Origin: an uncultured Oscillospiraceae bacterium
Lineage (GTDB): Bacteria; Bacillota; Clostridia; Christensenellales; Aristaeellaceae
DNA: 41,160 bases
NCBI GenBank assembly: GCA_964620835.1
Contig: CAZUIA010000002.1
Span: 1 to 41,160 of the forward strand
Direction of reading: 5' to 3'
The notes under the pieces were generated by a model, which saw only the letters and a list, made by a program, of their open reading frames with translations, made no database searches and had not been told where the DNA came from. How positions within the stretch are numbered: position 1 is the stretch's first letter; every line of letters begins with the position of its first letter. Of this stretch, positions 8,511 through 16,544 are shown in pieces. The translations under genes and the position numbers were made by a program.

Positions 8511-9248
8511 TCAACTTTTCCGGCTGCGCAGCACCGCCTCGGCGGCCGTCAGGTCCTCCATGGTGTTGACCCCCATCGCCTCGACCGGGTCCCTCAGCGT
8601 GACGACCTCCTGCCTTACGCCCTCCTTCGCCAGCACGCGCACCACGCCGGTCAGGTAATATTCGCGCTTGGGGTTTTCGTTGTCCACCTGTTCAAGCCAC
8701 CTCCACATGCGTGCTCCGTCCAACACCTGGATGCCGACATTGACCTCGTCGATCAGTTTCTGCTCGGGCGTGCAGGCGCTGTCCTCCACCACGTCTAAAA
8801 GCCGCCCCGCCTCGTCCCTTACCAGGCGGCCGAAGGCCGGAATGGGCGAAAACCTGCCCGCCAGCATCGTGTTGCCCGCGCCCGTTTGAAGATGGTGGTC
8901 AAACATCGCCCGGTACGTTTCCCGCCGCAAAAACGGCATATCGCAGTAGCACACGAGCACCGGGCCGGGATAGTCCTGCACGAGAGGCCTGGCGCACAGC
9001 GTGGCCTTGGCGGTGCCGTTCAGCTCGCGCTGCTCGACATAGCGGTATCCGCCGCCGCAGGACTCGATGACCTTCTCCTTGAGGAACCCGACGACAACGG
9101 TGATGTCCTCGGGCCTAAGAAAGTCAAGGTTTTCTAAAACATAATGGATCAGCGGCTTTCCGTTCAAAAGGCGCAGGGCCTTGGGCAGGTCCATCGCCTC
9201 GCTTTGCAGCCGCGTGCCCTTCCCGGCAGCCAGCACGATCGCTTTCAT
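8511..9248 (-). CDS. Sugar-phosphate nucleotidyltransferase (GlmU N-terminal-domain-like, no acetyltransferase part)
   Basis: MKAIVLAAGKGTRL...LPKAL...GKPLI is the NTP_transferase signature. The protein is 245 aa. Confidence 0.85.
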   Translation of the reverse strand: MKAIVLAAGKGTRLQSEAMDLPKALRLLNGKPLIHYVLENLDFLRPEDITVVVGFLKEKVIESCGGGYRYVEQRELNGTAKATLCARPLVQDYPGPVLVCYCDMPFLRRETYRAMFDHHLQTGAGNTMLAGRFSPIPAFGRLVRDEAGRLLDVVEDSACTPEQKLIDEVNVGIQVLDGARMWRWLEQVDNENPKREYYLTGVVRVLAKEGVRQEVVTLRDPVEAMGVNTMEDLTAAEAVLRSRKS

Positions 9249-9268
9249 CCATTCATCCTTCCTTTCGT

Positions 9269-10081
9269 CTATGCATCCAGGTACGGGATCATGTCGCTCA
9301 GCCGGTCAAAGATGAGGTGGGGCTTGACGGGAGAGGCTTCCGCGTCCGAGCGCGTCGCCTCGCCGGACAGGACCAGGACCGCCGTCATGCCGAAATTCAC
9401 CCCGGTGGCGATGTCCGTGTACAGGCGGTCGCCGACCATCGCGCACGCCTCGGTCGGCGCGCTCAACAGGGACAGCGCGCCGTCCACAATGCCCCGGTAC
9501 GGCTTGCCGAGGATCACATCGGCCTTTCGGCCCGTGCTTGCCTCGATGAACGCCATGATCGCGCCGATGTCGGGGATGAATCCCGTCTCCGTGGGGCAGT
9601 TGAAATCCGGGTGGGTCGCCACGTACGGAAGGCCCGCGCGGACCAGGTCGCACGCCCTGGCCATGGTTTCATAGGTAAACCCCGTGTCAAAGCCCACCAG
9701 CACATAGTCGGGCCTTTCCGGGTCCACCGTGACGCCCATGGCCGCAAGCTCGCCCCGCAGCAGATCGTTGCCCAGCAGATACGCGCGCTTGCCGGGGAAG
9801 CGCTCAAGCACGTATTGCCCCGCCGCCTGGCCGGACGTGTACACGCGCAAAAAAGGGTCCGTGACGCCCAGCCGTTTCAGCTTTTCGACATAGGCGGCCG
9901 CATTTTTCGACGAATTGTTGGTCAAAAACAGCGCCTGCCGCCCGGTGCGCCGAAGGGCCTCCAGGAAGTCGAGCGAGCCGTCGATCAGGTTCTCGCCCAG
10001 GTAAAACGTTCCATCCATATCCAACAGAAAACAGCGGACAGCCTTCAGCCGGTCCGCAGCCGATTCAAGCAGCAACCGCAA
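9269..10081 (-). CDS. HAD-IIA family hydrolase (NagD-like sugar phosphatase)
   Basis: Motifs FLLDMDGTFYLG, LFLTNNSS and MVGDRLYTDI are the HAD motifs I, II and IV of subfamily IIA. Confidence 0.9.
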   Translation of the reverse strand: MRLLLESAADRLKAVRCFLLDMDGTFYLGENLIDGSLDFLEALRRTGRQALFLTNNSSKNAAAYVEKLKRLGVTDPFLRVYTSGQAAGQYVLERFPGKRAYLLGNDLLRGELAAMGVTVDPERPDYVLVGFDTGFTYETMARACDLVRAGLPYVATHPDFNCPTETGFIPDIGAIMAFIEASTGRKADVILGKPYRGIVDGALSLLSAPTEACAMVGDRLYTDIATGVNFGMTAVLVLSGEATRSDAEASPVKPHLIFDRLSDMIPYLDA

Positions 10082-10118
10082 AACTCCTTTCGGTCCGGCC
10101 CAGGCCGCGACTCAATTT

Positions 10119-10147
10119 ATCATACCAGAACACCCGAAAATTGACAA
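10119..10147 (-). promoter_or_regulatory. Candidate sigma-A promoter for the HAD/nucleotidyltransferase genes (TTGTCA-17-TGgTATGAT)
   Basis: The minus strand reads TTGTCAattttcgggtgttcTGgTATGAT. The -35 is the left arm of the 10141-10167 inverted repeat. Confidence 0.45.
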
Positions 10148-10167
10148 GCGCCGCGTTTGCTTGTCAA
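10141..10167. repeat. Perfect 9-bp inverted repeat TTGACAAGC-N9-GCTTGTCAA
   Basis: Read directly from the sequence. Each arm supplies the -35 hexamer of one of two back-to-back divergent promoters. Confidence 0.9.
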
Positions 10168-10189
10168 ATGCGCGCACGTCGTATACAAT
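10161..10189 (+). promoter_or_regulatory. Candidate sigma-A promoter for the beta-propeller gene (TTGTCA-17-TACAAT)
   Basis: The sequence TTGTCAaatgcgcgcacgtcgtaTACAAT lies about 30 nt upstream of the AAAGGGAGGGA SD and ATG 10221. Confidence 0.5.
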
Positions 10190-10220
10190 GGGAATAAGCG
10201 CGGCAAAGGGAGGGAAAAAT

Positions 10221-11852
10221 ATGGCAGCAAGGCGATGGGTCGCGGCAACGCTGGCCGTGCTGTGGATTTCGCTTTGTCCGGCCGCCGGGCTTGCCATCCC
10301 CCTGACGGGCGGAGCGTTCCGGCCCTTCGCGCGCCCGGACCCCACCCCCACCCCCGCGCCGACGGCCACGCCCGCTCCGCCTTCGCCGCCCGATGCGCTC
10401 ACCGTGGCGGAGGAAGCGATTCCCACGGGGTTTTCGCTGCGAAGCGACACCTTTGGCGCGCGAAGCACGAACCGGATCGCCATGCCGGCGCAGGGCGGGT
10501 ACGGCCAGGTGGACGGCGTGCTGACGTTTCGCGGCGGGCCGTGGCGGCAAAACGCGGCCTACGGCTACGCTACCGCGCCCGAGCGCAAGCTGGAAATCGT
10601 ATGGCAAAAAAGAATCGGCGCGCTGGACAACTGGAGCGGCGTCGGCTGGAACGGCCAGCCCGCGCTGGTGCGCTGGCCCCAATCCCTGAAGGACGTCATG
10701 AACCTGTACCCGGACAAGAAGGAAAAGGACGGCCTGGTCGAGGCGATCTACGCGACGCTGGACGGGCGCATTTACTTCCTGGACCTTGACGACGGCACGG
10801 CGACGCGCGACCCGATCGACGTGGGCTTTCCGATGAAGGGCAGCATCAGCGTGGACCCGCGCGGCGTGCCGCTGCTCTACAGCGGCCAGGGCATTTCGCG
10901 CCTGAGCGGCCGGTCTGGGAAGATCGGGCTGCGCATCTTCAGCCTGGTCACGGGCGAGCAGCTATACCTGATCAACGGCTTGGACCCGGACGCCCACCGA
11001 CGGCACGGCGCGTTTGACTCCGTCTGCCTGGTGGACGCGTCGAGCGACACGCTGATCTCCCCCGGGGAAAACGGCCTGGTCTACACGTACAAGCTGAACA
11101 CCCGGTTTGATCCTAAGACGGGCGAACTTTCCATCGACCCCGAAAAGGCCGGCTACCGCTACCGCAACAACCGCGGCCTCGGCATTGAAAACAGCATCGC
11201 GGTATACGGCCACTACGGCTATTTTACCGACAACGGCGGACTTTTGCAGTGCGTGGATCTCAACACGCTTCATCCCGTCTGGGCGGCGAACGTGACGGAT
11301 GACAGCGATTCCACCGTCGCCCTGGACGAAAGGCCCGACGGGAGCGTCTGGCTCTATACCGGGTGCGAGGTGGACCTGCAGAAAAACGGCGGCAAGGCGT
11401 ACATCCGCTGCTTTGACGCCCTGACCGGGCGGCTTCGCTGGGAATACGGCGAGGTGTGCACCTGGGACGACGCGCTCAACGGCGGCGTGCTCGGCTCCCC
11501 GCTGGTCGGCCAGGGGCCGGTCGACGGCCTGGTCTACTTCCACGTCGCGAAAACCCGCGAGGGCGGGGGCGCGCTGATCGCCTTTGACAAGCAGACCGGC
11601 GAGGTAGCCTGGCGGCAGGCGTTTCGGCGCTACGGCTGGAGTTCCCCGGTAGCGGTGTACGGCGCGCAGGGGGAGGCGCACTTGCTGCTGGGCGACTCGG
11701 GCGGCAATTTTCGGCTGATGGACGCCCGGACCGGCGAGGTGCTGGACCTGATCACGCTGACGGGAAACGTCGAGGGCTCCCCGGCCGTGTTTGGGGACAT
11801 GCTCGTCATCGGCACGCGCGGCGCCTACCTCTATGGGATTCGGATCCGGTAG
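10221..11852 (+). CDS. Secreted PQQ-like (BamB-type) beta-propeller repeat protein
   Basis: I trimmed the track ORF to ATG 10221, which follows a strong SD. It has the signal peptide MAARRWVAATLAVLWISLCPAAG and a Pro/Thr/Ala linker. Repeated motifs such as G.[IV]Y..D.dG.l..ld..TG...W (DGRIYFLDLDDGT, GGLLQCVDLNTLHPVW, IRCFDALTGRLRW, LIAFDKQTGEVAW, FRLMDARTGEV) are typical of PQQ-like propellers. Confidence 0.8.
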   Translation: MAARRWVAATLAVLWISLCPAAGLAIPLTGGAFRPFARPDPTPTPAPTATPAPPSPPDALTVAEEAIPTGFSLRSDTFGARSTNRIAMPAQGGYGQVDGVLTFRGGPWRQNAAYGYATAPERKLEIVWQKRIGALDNWSGVGWNGQPALVRWPQSLKDVMNLYPDKKEKDGLVEAIYATLDGRIYFLDLDDGTATRDPIDVGFPMKGSISVDPRGVPLLYSGQGISRLSGRSGKIGLRIFSLVTGEQLYLINGLDPDAHRRHGAFDSVCLVDASSDTLISPGENGLVYTYKLNTRFDPKTGELSIDPEKAGYRYRNNRGLGIENSIAVYGHYGYFTDNGGLLQCVDLNTLHPVWAANVTDDSDSTVALDERPDGSVWLYTGCEVDLQKNGGKAYIRCFDALTGRLRWEYGEVCTWDDALNGGVLGSPLVGQGPVDGLVYFHVAKTREGGGALIAFDKQTGEVAWRQAFRRYGWSSPVAVYGAQGEAHLLLGDSGGNFRLMDARTGEVLDLITLTGNVEGSPAVFGDMLVIGTRGAYLYGIRIR

Positions 11853-11935
11853 CAAAACGCGCGCTCCGAAACGGCCTTCATTCCTTATTCCCCGGCCCGG
11901 ACAAGCGCCGCTTCCGGGGCAAAGTTTCTTTCTCT

Positions 11936-11964
11936 TTGCACTTTTCTTCCGCCTGTGGTATACT
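11936..11964 (+). promoter_or_regulatory. Candidate sigma-A promoter of the yerC-pcrA-ligA-helicase operon (TTGCAC-17-TGgTATACT)
   Basis: The sequence TTGCACttttcttccgcctgTGgTATACT has an extended -10 and lies 32 nt upstream of ATG 11996. Confidence 0.55.
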
Positions 11965-11995
11965 CAAGGTGGGGTATTTCCCGCCGGAGGCAACC

Positions 11996-12298
11996 ATGTA
12001 TGAATCCAGGCTCGCGTCGGAGCAGGTGGATCTGCTCTGCGACGCGATTGTTGCCGTTGACAGCCGAGAGGACGCATACCGCCTGCTGGATGACCTGTGC
12101 ACGATCGCCGAGGTGCAGGCGCTTTCGCAGCGCATCCAGGTGGCCAGGATGCTGCGCGGCGGCGCGACCTATCAGGAAATCGTGCGCAAGACCGGCGCCA
12201 GCACGGCCACGATCAGCCGTGTAAACCGCTGCCTCCACTACGGCGCGGACGGCTATGTCAGAACCCTTTCAAAGCTCGACCATCAGGAGGGACGTTAA
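11996..12298 (+). CDS. yerC: YerC/YecD-family TrpR-like DNA-binding protein
   Basis: I trimmed the ORF to ATG 11996, which follows GGAGGC. The sequence MYESRL..VDLLCDAI....REDAYRLLDDLCTIAEVQALSQRIQVARML..G.TY.EI...TGASTATISRVNRCL.YG fits the family pattern. It occupies the conserved position upstream of pcrA-ligA, as in Bacillus. Confidence 0.85.
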   Translation: MYESRLASEQVDLLCDAIVAVDSREDAYRLLDDLCTIAEVQALSQRIQVARMLRGGATYQEIVRKTGASTATISRVNRCLHYGADGYVRTLSKLDHQEGR

Positions 12299-12299
12299 C

Positions 12300-14564
12300 A
12301 TGGATTGGAGTACGCTCAACCCCGAACAGCGCATGGCCGTCGAAACCACGGAAGGCCCTGTGCTTGTATTGGCGGGCGCGGGCTCCGGCAAAACGCGGGC
12401 GCTCACCTGCCGCGTTGCCCATCTGATGGAAAAGGGCGTTCCTGCGTCGCAGATCCTGGCCATCACCTTCACCAACAAGGCCGCCCGCGAAATGCGCGAG
12501 CGGATCGACCGCATGACGGGCGGCCGCGCCGGCGATGCGTGGGTCGCCACGTTCCATGCCTGCTGCGCCCGCATCCTTCGGCGCGATATCGAAAAGATCG
12601 GGTATGAGCGCGCCTTTTCCATCTACGACGACGACGACCAGATGAGCGTGCTCAAGGAACTGCTGAAAAAGCAGAACATTGACGATAAATTCCTTTCCCC
12701 GCGCGAGGTGAAATCCAAGATCTCCGACGCGAAAAACAGGCTGCTCAGCCCGGACGAGTGGTTTCAACAGTCTGCAAAGGATTACCGCTGCCAGATGATC
12801 ACGGACCTGTACCGCGAGTACGAGCAGCGGCTGAAGACCTCCAACGCGCTGGACTTTGACGATTTGCTCGTCAAAACGCTGGAGCTCTTGACCTCGCATC
12901 CGCCGGTGCTGGAAGCGTACCGCAGGCGCTTTCGGTACATCCACGTCGACGAATACCAGGACACCAACTACGCGCAGTATATGCTCATCCGCCTGCTCGC
13001 GGGCGAAGCGCGAAACGTCTGCGTGGTGGGCGACGACGACCAGTCGATCTACGGCTGGCGCGGCGCGGACATCCGCAACATCCTGGAGTTTGAGCAGGAT
13101 TTCCCCGACAGCAAGGTCATCAAGCTGGAAAGGAACTACCGCTCCACCGCCAACATCCTGGACGCGGCCAACAACATCATCGCCCACAACGAGGGGCGAA
13201 AGGAAAAAACCCTGTGGACCGAGGAGGGTGAAGGCCCGCCGATCAAGCTCTTCAGCGCCGGGGACGAGCGCGAGGAGGCGGCCTGGGTATGCGACCGCGT
13301 GCACCAGCTAAGCCAGAGCGGCTTGCCCTTTGGCGCCGTCGCGGTGCTGTACCGCACGCACGCGCAGTCCCGCGTGCTGGAGGAAATGCTGGTTCGGGCG
13401 AGCATCCCCTACCGCGTGTTCGGCGGCACGAGGTTCTATGATCGGCGCGAGGTGAAGGACGTCATCGCCTACCTGCGCACGCTGGTCAACCCGGACGACG
13501 ACGTATCGCTGCGGCGCATCATCAACACGCCTCGCCGCGCCATCGGCGACGCGACCATCGCCGAGCTCACCCGCAGCGCCGCCGAGCAGGAGACGACGCT
13601 TTTCACGGCCATGCTCGAACCGCCCCAGACGCTCGCGTCCCGAGCCCGAAAGAGCGTGGGGGATTTTTCCCTGCTCTTGACCCGCCTGATGGCGCTGAAG
13701 GACACGATGCCCCTTGGGGATTTCGTCGAAACGCTGATCGCGGAGACGAAGCTGGAGATGCAGTACCTCAAGGAGGATTCCGACGAGGCCCGCACGCGCG
13801 TGGAAAACATCCGCGAGTTCATCGGCGCGGTGCGCGAGTTCGAGCAAAAGGCCGAGGACAAGACGCTGGAGGCGTTTTTGGAAAACGTGGCCCTGGTGAC
13901 GGACCTGGACGGCATGCCGGAGGAGCAGCAGGCCGTGACGCTGATGACGCTGCACAGCGCCAAGGGGCTTGAGTTTGACACGGTGTTCCTCATCGGCCTG
14001 GAGCAGGGGCTGTTCCCGTCGCATATGGCGGCGCAGGAGGGCCGGCTGGAGGAGGAGCGCCGCCTTGCGTACGTGGGCATCACGCGCGCGCGGCGGCAGC
14101 TGTACCTGTCCTACGCCACGCAGCGCATGCTGTATAACCAGATGCAGCGAAACGCCGTTTCGCAGTTTCTCTCGGAGATCCCGCGCCGTCTGCTGGACGA
14201 TGAGTGGACCCAGCGCGTGCAGCCCATCGTCAACCCCGCCGTCCGCACGCGCGAGCAGATCGTGGCCCAGCGCACGGCGCAGTCCATCGCGCACGACTTC
14301 GCCGGCGGCCGATCCGGGACGTTGCACATTCCCGGGGTGCAGCAGGGCTTTTCGCCCTCGCTGGCCCGCAAGTTCGCCGACCAGGCGGCGCAGGTGGCGC
14401 TCTTTCAGCCGGGCGACCGTGTGCTGCACCGCAAGTTCGGCGAGGGCGACGTGCTGGAGATCAAGGGAAAGGGCGGCGACTGCCGCATCGTCATCGAGTT
14501 TGCGGCCTACGGCGTCAAGGAGTTTGCCGCGAGCATCGCCCCGATTGTGAAGGTGGAAGGGTAA
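12300..14564 (+). CDS. pcrA: ATP-dependent DNA helicase PcrA (UvrD family)
   Basis: I trimmed the ORF to ATG 12300, which follows CAGGAGGGA. Diagnostic motifs are LNPEQRMAV, AGAGSGKT, ITFTNKAAREM, HVDEYQDTN, GDDDQSIYGWRGA, LERNYRS, TLHSAKGLEFD and VGITRA. Confidence 0.95.
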   Translation: MDWSTLNPEQRMAVETTEGPVLVLAGAGSGKTRALTCRVAHLMEKGVPASQILAITFTNKAAREMRERIDRMTGGRAGDAWVATFHACCARILRRDIEKIGYERAFSIYDDDDQMSVLKELLKKQNIDDKFLSPREVKSKISDAKNRLLSPDEWFQQSAKDYRCQMITDLYREYEQRLKTSNALDFDDLLVKTLELLTSHPPVLEAYRRRFRYIHVDEYQDTNYAQYMLIRLLAGEARNVCVVGDDDQSIYGWRGADIRNILEFEQDFPDSKVIKLERNYRSTANILDAANNIIAHNEGRKEKTLWTEEGEGPPIKLFSAGDEREEAAWVCDRVHQLSQSGLPFGAVAVLYRTHAQSRVLEEMLVRASIPYRVFGGTRFYDRREVKDVIAYLRTLVNPDDDVSLRRIINTPRRAIGDATIAELTRSAAEQETTLFTAMLEPPQTLASRARKSVGDFSLLLTRLMALKDTMPLGDFVETLIAETKLEMQYLKEDSDEARTRVENIREFIGAVREFEQKAEDKTLEAFLENVALVTDLDGMPEEQQAVTLMTLHSAKGLEFDTVFLIGLEQGLFPSHMAAQEGRLEEERRLAYVGITRARRQLYLSYATQRMLYNQMQRNAVSQFLSEIPRRLLDDEWTQRVQPIVNPAVRTREQIVAQRTAQSIAHDFAGGRSGTLHIPGVQQGFSPSLARKFADQAAQVALFQPGDRVLHRKFGEGDVLEIKGKGGDCRIVIEFAAYGVKEFAASIAPIVKVEG

Positions 14565-14567
14565 TTC

Positions 14568-16544
14568 ATGGAACGAAATGCCCGCATGCGCGCGCTGGTC
14601 GATCGCCTCAACGAGACCGCGCGCGCCTATTATGTCAAGGACGCGCCCCTCATTTCCGACAGGGAATGGGACGCGATGTACGACGAGCTTTCGCGCCTGG
14701 AAGCGGAAACCGGGGTGCGCTTGGACGACAGCCCGACGCGGCGCGTCGGCGGGGAGCCGCTGCCGGGCTTTGCGCCCTACCGGCATGAAAAGCGCCTGTG
14801 GAGCATGGACAAGGCGCAGAGCGAAGCGGCGGTGCGCGACTGGGCCGCCCGGGCCGAAAAGCTCTACCGCGCGGCGGCCGGCGATCAGAGCCTGCCGCCC
14901 CTTTCCTATGTGGTGGAATACAAGTTCGACGGCCTGAACATCAGCCTGATCTACGAGGGCGGCACGCTTTCGCAGGCCGCCACGCGCGGCAACGGGCAGG
15001 TGGGCGAGGCGATCCTTCCGCAGGTGCGCACCATCCGTTCCGTGCCGCTTTCGATCCCGTTTACGGGGCATCTGACGGTGCAGGGCGAGGGCATCATGCG
15101 CCTGTCCGCGCTTGAGGCGTACAACCGCACGGCGGACGAGCCGCTCAAGAACGCGCGAAACGGCGCCGCGGGCGCGCTTCGAAACCTGGACCCGCGCGTG
15201 ACCGCGCGGCGAACCCTCGACGCGTTTTTCTACCATGTGAGCGCCATCGAGGGCAAAATGCTCGCAAACCAGGTGGAGGCGCTGGCGTTCCTCAAGGAAA
15301 ACGGCTTTCCAGTCAGCGATTTCGCGCGGCCTGCCGCGACCATCGGCGAGGCGATGGAGGCGGTCCGCGCAATCGAAGCGTCGCGCGCGTCGCTCGACTT
15401 TCTGATCGACGGCGCGGTGATCAAGGTGAACGACTTTGCCACGCGCGAGGCGCTCGGGTATACCGACAAGTTCCCGCGCTGGGCTGTGGCGTACAAGTTT
15501 GAAGCCGAGGAGACGACGACCAAGGTGCTCGACGTCACGTGGGAGCTTGGCCGTACCGGAAAGCTCACCCCGCTGGCGCACCTTGAGCCCGTGGAGCTTT
15601 CGGGCGTGACGGTCCGCCGTGCCACGCTGAACAACTGGGCTGACGTGCAGAAAAAGCGCGTAAAGATCGGCTGCCGCGTCTTTATCCGCCGCTCCAACGA
15701 CGTGATTCCCGAGATCCTCGGCCGGACGGACGAGCCGGAGCCGGATGAGCGCGACGTCACGATGCCGGAAACTTGCCCGGCCTGCGGGGCAAGGGTGGAG
15801 GCGCGTGGGGCGCACCTTTTCTGCACGGGCCGCGACTGCAAGCCGCGCCTGGTGGCGGAGCTTTCGCACTTTGCGGGCCGCGACGCGATGGATATCGAGA
15901 CCTTCAGCGACAAGACGGCGCAGCTTCTCTACGAGGAGCGCGGCGTCCGGGACCCGTCCGACCTGTTCGCGCTGACCAAAGAGGCGCTCGTCGGCCTGCC
16001 GGGCATGGGCGACAAAAAGGCACAGAACCTGCTTTCCGCGCTGGAAGCGGCCAAGAGCCGCCCGCTGGACGCGTTTTTGTTCGCCCTGGGCATTCCCGGC
16101 GTGGGCCGCAAGACCGCGCGGGATCTGGCGGGGCGCTTTGGCTCGCTCGACGCCCTGAAGCTGGCGGACGAGGAAGTGCTGCGCACGATCCCCGAGGTGG
16201 GCGGCGTCATCGCGCAGAGCATCGTGGAGTTTTTTCAGGACCCCGAGCAGACGGCCGTGATCGACCGCCTGCTGGAAAGGGGCGTTCGGCCCGCCGCGAT
16301 GGAGGCGGCCGAGGGCGGCCCGCTTCTTGGAAAGACCGTCGTCGTGACGGGCACGCTTTCGTCCATGACGCGGCAGGAGGCCGAGCAGGCGATCGAGCGC
16401 GCGGGCGGAAAGGCGGCGTCCAGCGTGTCGAAAAAGACCAGCTTTCTCGTCGCGGGCGAGGCCGCCGGGTCCAAGCGGGCAAAGGCGGAAGCCCTCGGCG
16501 TGCCGATCCTGGATGAGGAAGCGTTCCAAAAGCTCCTTCGCTAA
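14568..16544 (+). CDS. ligA: NAD-dependent DNA ligase
   Basis: It has the adenylation motif EYKFDGLNISL, a Cys4 zinc finger (CPACGARVE...HLFCTGRDC), HhH repeats (GIPGVGRKTA) and a C-terminal BRCT (GKTVVVTGTL...SKKTSFLVAGE). Confidence 0.97.
   Translation: MERNARMRALVDRLNETARAYYVKDAPLISDREWDAMYDELSRLEAETGVRLDDSPTRRVGGEPLPGFAPYRHEKRLWSMDKAQSEAAVRDWAARAEKLYRAAAGDQSLPPLSYVVEYKFDGLNISLIYEGGTLSQAATRGNGQVGEAILPQVRTIRSVPLSIPFTGHLTVQGEGIMRLSALEAYNRTADEPLKNARNGAAGALRNLDPRVTARRTLDAFFYHVSAIEGKMLANQVEALAFLKENGFPVSDFARPAATIGEAMEAVRAIEASRASLDFLIDGAVIKVNDFATREALGYTDKFPRWAVAYKFEAEETTTKVLDVTWELGRTGKLTPLAHLEPVELSGVTVRRATLNNWADVQKKRVKIGCRVFIRRSNDVIPEILGRTDEPEPDERDVTMPETCPACGARVEARGAHLFCTGRDCKPRLVAELSHFAGRDAMDIETFSDKTAQLLYEERGVRDPSDLFALTKEALVGLPGMGDKKAQNLLSALEAAKSRPLDAFLFALGIPGVGRKTARDLAGRFGSLDALKLADEEVLRTIPEVGGVIAQSIVEFFQDPEQTAVIDRLLERGVRPAAMEAAEGGPLLGKTVVVTGTLSSMTRQEAEQAIERAGGKAASSVSKKTSFLVAGEAAGSKRAKAEALGVPILDEEAFQKLLR

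Noticed and set aside
13308-16529. A 1073-aa ORF on the minus strand spanning the whole pcrA-ligA junction.
   Set aside because: It lies entirely antisense to two unmistakable housekeeping genes. Its translation is Arg/Ala/Gly/His/Leu-rich with no recognisable motif. Long stop-free antisense frames are expected when sense genes have very high third-position GC.
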